NCBI GenBank assembly: GCA_964016885.1
Contig: OZ024746.1
Location: 60,078,001 to 60,142,000, forward strand
Length of the DNA: 64,000 nucleotides
Reading direction: 5' to 3'
DNA from: Eledone cirrhosa
Lineage: Eukaryota
Shown: positions 52,756 to 64,000 of the stretch, one piece after another
Layout: each line of letters begins with the position of its first letter
Position numbering within the stretch: position 1 is the stretch's first letter
Notes under the pieces: generated by a model
Seen by the model: only the letters and a program-made list of their open reading frames with translations
What the model was told of the DNA's origin: nothing
Databases searched by the model: none
Program-made: the position numbers and the translations under genes

Positions 52756-54327
52756 ATGTATGCATACATGTGTGTGTGTATATATATATATATACACATA
52801 CACACACTACCACCACTACAACTGTGAGGTAGCCCCTTGATACTGTATATACATGTATATGTATGTGTGAGGTAGTTGCTGCACCTGAAGAAAACATCTC
52901 TGTTGCACTGAAGTGCAGCAGTAGCAGGAAGTAGAGGAGAGAGTAAGTAGTGTAGGTGGTCATGGTGAAAGCAGTGGTGGTGGGTTTGGTATTGGTGGTA
53001 GAAGTGTTAGTATTGACAGCTGTAGTATTGGTGGTTTTGGTAGTGGTGATGCTAGTGATTGTGGTAGTTGTGGCTGTTGTTGTGTTGGTGGTGGTGGCAG
53101 CAGCATTTGTGGTGATAGTTGTAGTCGTGTGGTTGTGGTGGTGGTGGTGGTGGTGGTGGCGGTTGTGGTGGTGATGGTTGTTTCGCTGGTAGTGATGGGG
53201 TTAGTGGAGATGGTGGTGGTGGTGGCGGTTGTGGTGGTGATGGTTGTTTCGCTGGTAGTGATGGGGTTAGTGGAGATGTTGAAGACTTTGCCTTTCATCC
53301 TTCCAGGAATGATAAAATAAAGTGCCAATCAAATTACTTGGTTCAATATAATCAGCTAACTCTCCCATCAAAACATTTGTGGCCTTGTGTCTATGTTAGA
53401 ATTGTTATTATATTATCATAAAAAAAACTATTATTATGCGGTGGATTGGCAGTATCAGTAGAGCGTAGGGCAATATTATCTCAGCCAGATCTGTCAATGT
53501 TTAAAAATGTATATCAGGTATGGGAATAAGGTTAATGTGTTGGCATGGAACTGGTCATATACACTTAAACTCTATATTTTATCAAGAACATGTCTATTGA
53601 ATCACCTCTCTGTTCTTGTGAAGAAAAACTAAAAGTCTGAGAGAGAGAGAGAGTATCTTGAAGGTGGTTCTTAAAAAAAAAACTAAGATTAAAGATGTAA
53701 TATGTTGTCAAGGAGTAGAGTTATGGCCCTTTATGTTCTGATTTCAAATCCCACCAAGCCTTTCATCCTTGAAGGGTTGATTTAATCAACTTTCCCCTCC
53801 TCTGAAATTATAGGCCTCATGCCTTAATTAGAAACCATTATTATAAAATGATTTGCAGGCATTTAGTTACAGCTTTTTATATTATCAGGCATTTTGCTTC
53901 TTGGCCCTTTTTGTTCTGATTTCAAATCCCACCAAAATCAACTTTGTCTTTTGTCCTTCCAAAGTTGATAAAATAAAGTACCAGTCAAGTACTGGGTTTG
54001 GTATAGCCAACTTTCTATTTCCCTGCAAAAGATTGTTGGCTTCATACCTATGTTAGAAACCATTAATTATTATTATTTTATAGAGGTGGGTGGGCAGTAT
54101 CGTTAGAGCATTTGATAACATGCTTTGTAGCATATATTTACAGCCCTTTGCATTCTGAGTTCCAATTCCATCAAGGTTAGCTTTTCCTTTTATCCTTAAG
54201 GGGTCGATAAAATAAAGTACCATTAATTCACTGGGGTCAATTTAATCGACTTTCCCCTACCCCAAAAATTATTGGCCTTGTGATTAAATAAGAAACCATT
54301 ATTTTATAGATCATATTATGACTATGT

Positions 54328-55005
54328 CTCAGTCTTCGACATAGTCAAGGAAGCCTGCGCAGTGCACTCTACATGTGTATGGAGTTCCACTGAAGCAGGT
54401 GGAGAAGTTTAAGTATCTTGATACTGTGTTCACGGGTGATGGAAGGCATGAGGCTGAATCAAGTGCAAAATTACAGGAGTTGGTGCAGTAATATGCCAGC
54501 TTCAGCATTCGGTAATCAGAAGAAATGAGATAGGTGGTGTAAAAACCAAACTCGCTATCTTCAATTTGGTATTCATACCAACCCTTACTAATGGTCATGA
54601 ATCTTGAGTAATGACCAAAAGAATACGATCGCGAATACAAGAGGGTCTTTGGAGTAACATTACTTGATAGAACGCATAGCCTGGAGATCAGAGAGTCGCT
54701 CTCGGTAGAGCCGCTACTTCTCCAAATTGAGAGATCACAACTCTGATATTATGGGCATGTAGTTAGAATGTCTCAGGAAAGAATCACTGGACAGATTTTA
54801 CGGGCAAAACCAGCTGGGAGGAAACCCAGAGGTAAACCTCTAGCAAGATGGTTGGATAACATCCATGAGCTCAGCTGGTCTCGCTTGGGTATCCAGCCGG
54901 ATCAATTGGATACAGTTGCTTCTGAGAGGACCTGCTGGAAGGAGTGTTTGAGAATTCTACCAACACAACCCTTGCAAGACGAAGGAGAAAAAGAAGAGAA
55001 GATAT
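54328..55005 (+). mobile_element. RTE LINE of Expander/Rex3-like type without PHD insertion, degraded
   Basis: LKQVEKFKYL..FTGDGR; PTLTNGHES; LLLQIERSQL*YYGHVVRM..GRKPRGKP..RW. Confidence 0.85.
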
Positions 55006-55476
55006 GACTATAATAGTGCTGGTGGTGGTTGTAGTGATAATGATGATGATGACTAGAAACCTCTCCCAAATAGTTAAAATTAAAGGTATGACGTAAATAG
55101 GTAGATTGGTTCATATTGGGAGGTGGGGGTTCAGTTTAGAAACAAATAATATAACACCGAAAGAATAACCGTGAATAACCATATCTAATTTAGAAACAGT
55201 TAAACCACTGGTGTAATTAATAGTTCTGGTGTTATTTAACTGTTTATGTATCAAGTGGCCGGAAGGAGAGAACACACCCACTGTATGAAAGGGATAGGTG
55301 GTACTGTGGTAACATTACATAGTGTGTGTGTATGTATATGTATGTATGTGTATATCTCTATATATATATATATATATATATATACAGGGTGTCCTAAAAA
55401 TATATATACACACTTTTATTAGAATGCTGTTGAAGTGTGTATACATTTTTGGGGGGACACCTTATATTTATATCTA

Positions 55477-55835
55477 CAGGGTGAGGCAAAATTTGTGCAC
55501 CATAGGAGTGATTTATTAAAAGTATAATTACACATGAAAATTCTTATTTACTTGTTATTTAATTGTTATATGTGCTGTTCAAAATGTCCTCCTTTTTCAA
55601 AACACATTTCAATTCTGTGCCTGCATAATTCATTAACACGTCGGAGAGTTTCCTCTGTCATTTTACTGCATTCATATTTAATTCCTTCTGTAAGTTCCTC
55701 AATATTTTTTGGGTGCGTCAAATAAACAACCGATTTCAAATGGTCCCACAGAAAAAAATTTAAGGGTATGAAGTCTGGTGACAACGGTGGCAACTCAACA
55801 GGACCTCTTCAGTGCGCGACTTTTGCCTCACTCTG
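55477..55835 (-). mobile_element. Internally deleted Tc1/mariner element with transposase C-terminus
   Basis: TIRs cagggtgaggcaaaatttgtgcac / gtgcgcgacttttgcctcactctg, TA at both ends; PPLSPDFIPLNFFLWDHLKSVVY..GGHFEQ. Confidence 0.88.
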
Positions 55836-55844
55836 TATATATAG

Positions 55845-56218
55845 TGAGTGTATGTATGGGATAGGTAGCACTGTGGTAACATTACATAGTGTGTGTGTGT
55901 CTGTGTGTGTGTAATGAGTGTATGTATGGAATAGGTAGCAGTGTGGTAACGTTGCATAGTGAGTGTATGGATGGTATAGGTGGGACTCTGGTAACATTAC
56001 AAACTGAGTGTATAGATGATATTGGTGGGACTGTGGTAACATTACAAACTGAGTGTATGGATGGTATAGGTGGGACTGTGGTAACATTACAAACTGTGTA
56101 TGGATGGTATAGGTGGGACTGTGGTAACATTACAAACTGTGTATGGATGGTATAGGTGGGACTGTGGTAACATTACAAACTGAGTGTATGGATGGTATTG
56201 ATGGGACTGTGGTAACAT
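55845..56218. repeat. Minisatellite, 41-45-bp unit (gagtgtatggatggtataggtgggactgtggtaacattacaaact)
   Basis: About 8 tandem copies; diverged single units near 55282 and 56492. Confidence 0.9.
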
Positions 56219-56224
56219 AGCATA

Positions 56225-56472
56225 CTATGTGTCAGACCAGTTTCAACAAGTTTTCCAGTTGCTCTGATCAACAGAACAGCCTGCTCATGAAAGTCACATG
56301 CAAGTGGCTGAGCATTCCAGAGACTTGTGTACTTTTAATGTAGTTCTCAGGGAGATTCAGCATGATACAGTGTGTGACATGATTGTCCTTTGGAATTATA
56401 TGTACAACTCATTTTTGCCAGCTAAGTGGGTTGTAGCAATGAGAAATAAACTGTCTTGTTTGAAGACACAAC
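56225..56472 (-). mobile_element. Degraded CORE-type SINE (different body)
   Basis: ..cagctaagtgg..agcaatgagaaataaactgtcttg..gacacaac resembles the reverse complement of the CORE region. Confidence 0.5.
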
Positions 56473-56954
56473 TTATATGCTATATATAATGGAGTGTATG
56501 GATGGGATGGACAGCACTGTGGTAACATTAAATACATAGTATATATTGAGATGGTAAAATATATACATACGCACACATACAGATAGATAGGCAGAGTAAC
56601 AGATGGATTGACAAGCAGCAGGATAGATAGAATATAAACTAACTGGGATAAACCCAGCAATAGAATGTAATTGTTGGAAGTTTAATGGAGCTAGTGACCC
56701 ATTCATTAACCCTTCTGCTACTATGTTTTCGAAATACACTGCCTATAATTTTCATACCATTTTTAATATAATCAAGAATTTGGAGCAGTTTAGTAATATA
56801 CTAAGTTTCTCATCATTAAACTGGTGTTTGGAAAGTTTCTTATATAAGAATATGATATAAAGCTTTTAGATAAATATAAACACTTTAAATTAAGCAGTTA
56901 TGTATTATAGAACCAGGGGCAATTTTAGGCAGTTTGGTATCAAAAGTGCTAAGT

Positions 56955-57360
56955 CTCTTGTGCGAACTGCACCACAAAGACATCTGAGGGCTTCCTGAAA
57001 CTCCTTGTCTTGGTATGTATTTGTGATGCACAATGTGCCTCAGTAGTCAAATAAAACAGTCAGTATCACCTTGATTTTTCACTGTAATTGATGAGCTTTT
57101 GGGGGCTTTAGTGGCATTGAATGTTTTCACTGTGGTGAATGGACTTTGGTTTTAGGGTCATACCTGCATACTCATGCATCATCTTCAGTTATCTCAGTAT
57201 TCAGGAATTCAGGATCCTTGTTGGCAGAATCAGGCAAAATGAAAATGTGATGCATAAGTAGTACAACACTTAATATGCTGGCTGCCTGAGAACAACTGAC
57301 ATATCAAGCAAACTCACCAAAAACCATGTATGTGGCTCCATTCTGCATACTTTTGTCTTC
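56955..57360 (-). pseudogene. Ancient mariner transposase relic
   Basis: ITEDDA*VCRYDPKTKVHSPQ*KH..KPPKA..KIKVILTVLFDY*G resembles ITGDETWVYGYDPETK.QS.QW..PKKA..KVMLTVFFD. Confidence 0.72.
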
Positions 57361-57553
57361 CTAACGTCATTACAAAAAAAAAGCTGGTTATTTTTTTAAT
57401 GTAAATACTCCAGCTGTAAAAATCCCACCCAAATTTACAGTTCCATCTGAGCAAGGTACAGCACAGCCAACTGGCCAGACTTGTCTAATGACATGGGCAA
57501 CCCATCTAACCCATGCAAACATGGAAAATGGATGTTAAATGGTGATGATGATG

Positions 57554-57645
<92 letters not shown>

Positions 57646-57647
57646 TC

Positions 57648-57715
57648 CACAACAAATTAGCAAACCATACTCGAAGAAATGCACATCATCAAGTATGGTT
57701 TGCTAATTTTTTGTG
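57648..57715. repeat. Short hairpin (30-bp arms) heading a (TA)n-bounded element
   Basis: cacaacaaattagcaaaccatactcgaaga / tcatcaagtatggtttgctaattttttgtg. Confidence 0.85.
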
Positions 57716-59377
57716 CAGAACTAACTCTATAACTTATCCTCTGGACTGAGTGCTCTACATACTATGGATATAACCTCCCAGTTATTTACCACTATATATA
57801 TATACATCTATAACAGAGAGAGATACCAGATGTATAGCCACAAGTTAAAACCCAGATATATACATATAAGATAGAAAGATCAGTTGTTCAGGTTAGGTCA
57901 GATAGATAGGTCAAATATATACACCGGATGAGTGAGTGCAGAGTTTATATTGAAAAGAGGAGGATTGAGATGAAGATGGTGGGAGATTGGAAGCGAGAGA
58001 AAAAATTGACTGACTTTAAGATGGGTTCATTAAGTGCAATCATTTTTCAAACAACTACAACACACACAAACACATACATATACATGTGCATACATACACA
58101 CAGATAAGCATAGACGCACACGCACACACATATATATACACACATAAACACACATATGTACACACACATGCACTAGTCTCCTGTGTATGTGTGTGGCGTC
58201 CTGTTCTGTTAAGAAGTTCCGACTGGTTGCCATCCACATCCACTTCACAGCATCATTCCTTTCTATCAGTGATGCTGCTGCAATATAGTGTGTGACATAG
58301 CAGCCAGTCGACAAGAGATAATGCAAGTAGCAACATCAATAGATTTAGATGCAAGCAAGATGCAGTGATGGTAAGCATCGACATTGATAGCAGCAGTGAC
58401 TAACTAGAAACAGCTGCAGCAGAAAGTGGCCACCATCAACCACCTACCACCTATCACTCTCTTCATCCTATCAAATCATATCGGATCAAATCAGATTAAA
58501 CTGGATCAGGTGAAGAAGAAAGATAAAAAGAAACAAAAGATACAAAACAACTCCGACCCAGAACATCGATCTATTTAAGGAGGCCATCTTTGATAAGGGG
58601 AGATAATTAATATCTGCAGAAAATCAGTTCACCATATTGGTCTCTTATTTATGCACAAGGCCAGCAATTTGAAAAAGGGGTTAATCTATTGACATTTTAG
58701 TTTGACTATAAGAAAGTGTAGTTCGGTTTCAAAGAAGAGGTCCTATCAAAAAATAACTCCCCAAAATCACAGTGTGGCAGCTTGGGTAACTGTCTTCCAC
58801 CAAAGCCTTGGGTTGACCAATGTCTTATGAGTAAAATGTAGTAGACGAAAACTGCAGAACCCCATTGTGTATATAAAATGAAATTTACAATTCACACCTA
58901 TGCAGGTATAGCTGGCCTCATATGGGGTTGTATCTCAGGAGTTTTAATGATAGAGGCCCCCAGTCTTATTGTATTGTTGTTGTTACAGCTCACACCTATG
59001 CAGGTTTAGCTGGCTTGATACAAGGTTGTATCTCATAGGAGGTTTCTCAGATGTTTTAATGATAAGGGCCCAGTCCTATCATGTTATTGTTGTTACAGCT
59101 CACACCTAATACTTGACTGCTACTATATTTTATTGACTCCACAGACAGATGAAACATAAAATTGTCTTTGGCAGGATGCTAACTTAGAACATAAAGAGCT
59201 TGGATAAATACTACACACAATTTACTCGATACTATAACAATTCTGCCAAACTCCTGCCAGAGCAACTATGTAATGTTGTATTTTGTTGTTGTTAAGAGCC
59301 CATATCGGCCATGCACCTGCAGATTCATTATCAAAATCACTTTAGCCATGATCATCCCATCTTTATATTCAGGCATA

Positions 59378-59763
59378 GTGCTGGTGTCCTGATAAAATGA
59401 ACCTGGTACATACTGTAAAGTGGTAATGTGATGCTGGTATCATGGTAAAGTACATTCTGTAAAGTGGTAGTACTAGTGTCACAATAAAATGCACTCATTA
59501 TACATTTAAAAGTGATCATGTTGATGCCACAACAAAATTTACCTAGTGCACACTGTAGAGTGGTAGTCTTGGAACCATGATAAAATGCACCCAGTACACT
59601 CTATAAAGTGGTTGGTGTTAGAAAGGGGCATGTAGCCATAAAATCTATGTTAAAATATGGAACATGAGCAAGGTATGGTATTTGATGAGTCAACACTTGG
59701 ACTTTGATGATTAATCCAACCCATGCCAGAATGGAAAGCAGACATAAAATGATGATAATGATG
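59378..59763 (+). mobile_element. Old RTE-type tail with about 5 tandem ~45-bp subrepeats
   Basis: Repeated gtgctggtgyc..ataaaatgcacc.agtacactctgtaaagtgg, then ttggtgttagaaagggg..cccatgcc..gatgat. Confidence 0.65.
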
Positions 59764-60532
59764 AGTGTATTGAATTATTTAATGTGTCCTTATTTTAAGC
59801 CAGTAAGATGCTGGCATGATTGAGTGGTTAAGAAGTTTGCTTCACAATTATAAGTTTGCAGCTATGATCTCATGGCATGGTATTTTGTATATACCGTAAG
59901 CTTGAGTCATTGCAAGACTTGTGGGTGAAATTGTAGAGATGGACACTATGTGGAAATTCTTTGGAAGGACTGTACCTTAATTCAAAGGTTCAGCCTTGTC
60001 ACATATTGTATTGATGATGATGATGATAACTATGATGATGATGATGAAGATGATGTTGACGACAGTGATGCTGATGGTGAATACCAAAAGGAAAAAAAAT
60101 ATTCTAAAAAGAAAAGAAACTGTTCTGAGTCACAAATAAATGATTCAAACAAAAAAAAAAGCAACATCCGGGTTTAAGATGCTACAATCATTCATTTTAT
60201 GATATTATCATTGATACATTGATACTGACAGATCAATATGTATATATATATTGGTATTGATTTTTATCAACACACTTTCGGGTCCCAATAATGTATGACG
60301 AAACCATAGAAGACTGTTACTAGTAAAGAGAGAGCAATTAACACTTCACTCATCAATAAAGTGATACCGAACAACCATCTATATGAGCATTGAGAATGCT
60401 AGAAATAGTAGTCAATTTTCCTCAAAAACAATGAAATGTCATATATATAGAAAGACATATCACATTAAAAAATGGGTCAACATAGGAATAAACAACAACA
60501 ATAACACACACACATATATATAGAGGGGAGGG

Positions 60533-60604
<72 letters not shown>

Positions 60605-60736
60605 TTTGCAGATAGGCCAATAGGTAAATATATATACATACCGACAGACAAATAGACATGCATATATAATGACAAATGACAGCCAGACATTCAGACAAAC
60701 ATACATAGACATACATACAGATGGACAGACAAGCAT

Positions 60737-60804
<68 letters not shown>

Positions 60805-61721
60805 GCATAAAGACATGTATGCATGTAGACATACAAACATAGAGAGGCAGAAATAAAGATATTAGGTGGGGCATCATTTTTAAGTCTATAATAAGTCTGT
60901 GAAGAAATAAGTATGGAGAGAAAGGAGGGGAGGAGATGGAAATGAGGACAGCGACAAAGTGAGACAGAAACTTAGTGTGTTAAAAACAGCAACATCATCA
61001 CCACCATCAACAACAAAATCAGAACAAAAAACTAACATAACACTAGCATGCTGATTATATACAGCTAGTTTATAAACTACTCTCAAATCCTTTTCCAGAT
61101 AGACTCAATGTTTTGTGAAGTAAGGTTATATTTAGGAAACATATGATAAGTAATGAAGTTTTATATCATAATCAGCTGCTGTTGTTTAAAACCACTTTGA
61201 TACCAAACTTCCTGAAAACAACCCTGGTTCTATGATACAAAACCTTCCATTATAATTTTATGTAAGAAAATTTTGTTATGTTACGAACACCAGTTTAATC
61301 CTTTTGATGGCAACTCAGCTAAAAGCTGACTCTGGTTCTAATGAAAGAAAACTACTCATTTTAAAGTGTTCAGATTTAAATTAAAATCTTCCAATATATT
61401 TTCATTGAAGAACTTGTTGTTAAGTTATGTTACAAATATCTTAATGAAATGATTAATACATTTAGTAAATATATCAAAACTATACATTAATTGAAATAGA
61501 GTGTATTTCATTAAAAATACAAAAAGATTAATAATGAAAAAGTTAGTTATAATTCAAAATCTCTCTAAATTGTTAATTATTTTCTAAATTATTTGAAAAT
61601 CATAAGCAGTGTCTCTCATTAGAAATACCGTAATGAAAGGTATACATTTGAACATATTGGTACCCTTAACCCTTTCATTCCCATATTTCTAATGAAATAC
61701 ACAGCCCATTATATTCAAATA

Positions 61722-61903
61722 ATTGTTTCTACTTTTGGCACAAGGCCAGTAATTACTCCAGTGCATTACTGGTGCTTTATCTTATCAACCCCATAAGGGT
61801 GAAGGGCAAAGCTAACTGTGGCGGGATTTGACCGTAAAGGGCCATAACTCTATGCTACAAAGCATGGTGTCTGACGCTCTACCAATACTGCCAATCCACC
61901 GCC
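61722..61903 (-). mobile_element. Meta-type SINE with 18-bp TSD, inserted in a MITE
   Basis: ccattatattcaaataat on both sides. Confidence 0.85.
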
Positions 61904-62250
61904 ATTATATTCAAATAATGTCAGTGTGGTTAAGGTGTTCATTTCACAACACCCTGATTCTGAACGGCACCTTAGGCAAGTGTCTTCTACTATAGCCGAG
62001 GGTTTACCAATGTTTTAAGAGTGGAATTTGGTGGATGGAAACTGCAGAAGACCATTGTATATGTATATATGTATGTTGATATTTATGTTTGCAATTATGC
62101 CTGTGCCTCTGCTTTTATGTCTCACTTTTATAACTTAATGGTTCACCAAAAAAAAGAGATCATTAAAAAAAAATGTACTTGACTTGTGGGTTACCATCAT
62201 GGTCACAGCCTAATGACTGAAACCAGTAAAAGAATGCACACACACATATT

Positions 62251-62596
62251 AAGTCTAATTTTTTAAATAATTTTGAAAATAACCAAGAGTTTGGAGGGAT
62301 TTTGTGATATAACTAACATTTTAATTATTAATCTGGTGTTTCTTACATAAAATTATGATGGAAGGATTTTTTTTTAGATAAATATAAGCTCTTTATCATA
62401 AAAGTAGGGGTAGTTTCAGGTGGGTTGGTATCAAAAGGATTAAGGAATGTAGTGAGGGAGGGGTGATAGACTTGATTGATGACAGATATATATATATGTG
62501 TATATATATATATACAATGTGAATAAAGCCCTTATTGTATAGCAAACCATGTCACTCTTATTTCTTGAACTATATATATATATATGTGTGTGTGTG

Positions 62597-62627
<31 letters not shown>

Positions 62628-63848
62628 GTATATGTATATATATATATATGTATGTAAGTAAGTAAAAAATTTTTAAAAAATTTTTTAAAAAAATATTTTC
62701 TTATTTTACGTCTTTTATATTATTGTTCTGCACCCTCCTGCATTGAACCACCTAGGTACTATGACATAACCTGTGTATTTGCTGGCATGGACGTGCATCT
62801 GTGCGCCTATGTTAGTTGATATATTAAATTATCTCTATATATATATATATGGGGCTGGCATGACACTCCACCACACTAGAACTACACCAAACCACCATCT
62901 ATGACATAATGGGTACAGAATTCCAAAATGACATTTAATTAATTTCCTTATCTTTGTGAAACCACAACAAAAACTTAATGTTTAATGTTATTAACAGAAG
63001 GAGGAAGAGGAGGAGGAGGTGATGGTGGTGCTGGTGCTGTTGCTGTTGGTGGTGGTGGTAGTAATAGTGGTAGCAGTTTTTGTTAGGGATTGTGCTTCTG
63101 TTGTTGTTGTTGTTGTTGTTGCTGTTGCTGGTGGTGGTGGTGGTGGTGGTGGTATAATGATGAAAATGAGAGATGTAAAAATTATAATAATAATAGTGGT
63201 GATAGTGATAATAGTGGTAATGATAATGATATTGATAACTCTAATATTTGCTTTTTTATTATATTTATTGATTTAATTTTTTCATGAAAAAGTCCAAAGA
63301 GGAGAGGAGTCACAATACTTAGTCAATTGGACATCGTCAAGTATCAAGTTAGTGATGATGGTCATGGCATGAATGTCATTGCTTTTGATCATAGATTCTC
63401 TAAATCAGGACTAACTTGGAACTAAGTATCAGCAACTACAACGAAGATTGAAAAATGTAGTCTCAGATACTTTATGTATGAATAAAAGACACGATGGTCA
63501 CATTTGATATGCTTTTGATCATAGGTGTCTGGTGGATCAGGCCTGAACTGGGGCTAAATAACAGCAGCTACCTACCTACTTTCTCCCACACATCTGCTCC
63601 ACTACCAGACTTCCATTTCTGTCATCAATTAAGTCTATCACTCCTCCCTCACTACATTCCTTAATCCTTTTGATACCAACCCACCTGAGACTACCCCTAC
63701 TTTTATGATAAAGTGCTTATATTTATCTAAAAATCCTTCCATCATAATTTTATGTAAGAAACACCAGATTAATAATTAAAATGTTAGTTATATCACAAAA
63801 TCCCTCCAAACTGTTGGTTATTTTCAAAATTATTTAAAAATTAGACTT
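62251..63848. repeat. Inverted duplication (~235 bp): 62251-62486 vs 63618-63848
   Basis: Near-identical reverse complement that includes MITE sequence and ~43 bp of non-MITE flank. Confidence 0.9.
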
Positions 63849-64000
63849 GATATGCGTATTTCATTAGAAATATAATAATGAAAGGGTTATACCGTATATT
63901 GTTAAATATACAATACATACATTTATGTGTATATCGCTATTTCAAAGCACCAATACAAATAAAATGCATGTTTTTCTAAAAACCTTCCACTATAGTTTTT

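Overview
AT-rich, microsatellite-dense eukaryotic non-coding DNA made almost entirely of transposable-element debris. The repeat complement (RTE LINEs with (GAT)n tails, tRNA-derived CORE-type and Meta-type SINEs) suggests a cephalopod, probably Octopus; this is an inference. No host gene or intact ORF is supported. Recognisable parts: RTE LINE 3' fragments of two types (one with a PHD-like Cys/His finger inside the RT region), a CRE-clade endonuclease relic, a Penelope-like (PLE) GIY-YIG endonuclease relic missed by the ORF track, Tc1/mariner relics (DD37D maT and mariner-type), TTAA- and TA-flanked MITEs, a 6.1 kb 26/31-bp satellite and smaller minisatellites. The most interesting signal is a set of short, mutually dissimilar elements lodged in (TA)n arrays. 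They carry type I hammerhead ribozyme (HHR) folds (CUGANGA...GAAA...NUH, often with a palindromic stem III), many are fold-back inverted duplications, and several share a GAGYRCTC motif near the (TA)n-abutting end. They look like a diverse non-autonomous PLE pLTR/retrozyme-like system. All folds were read by eye and none is tested for activity.
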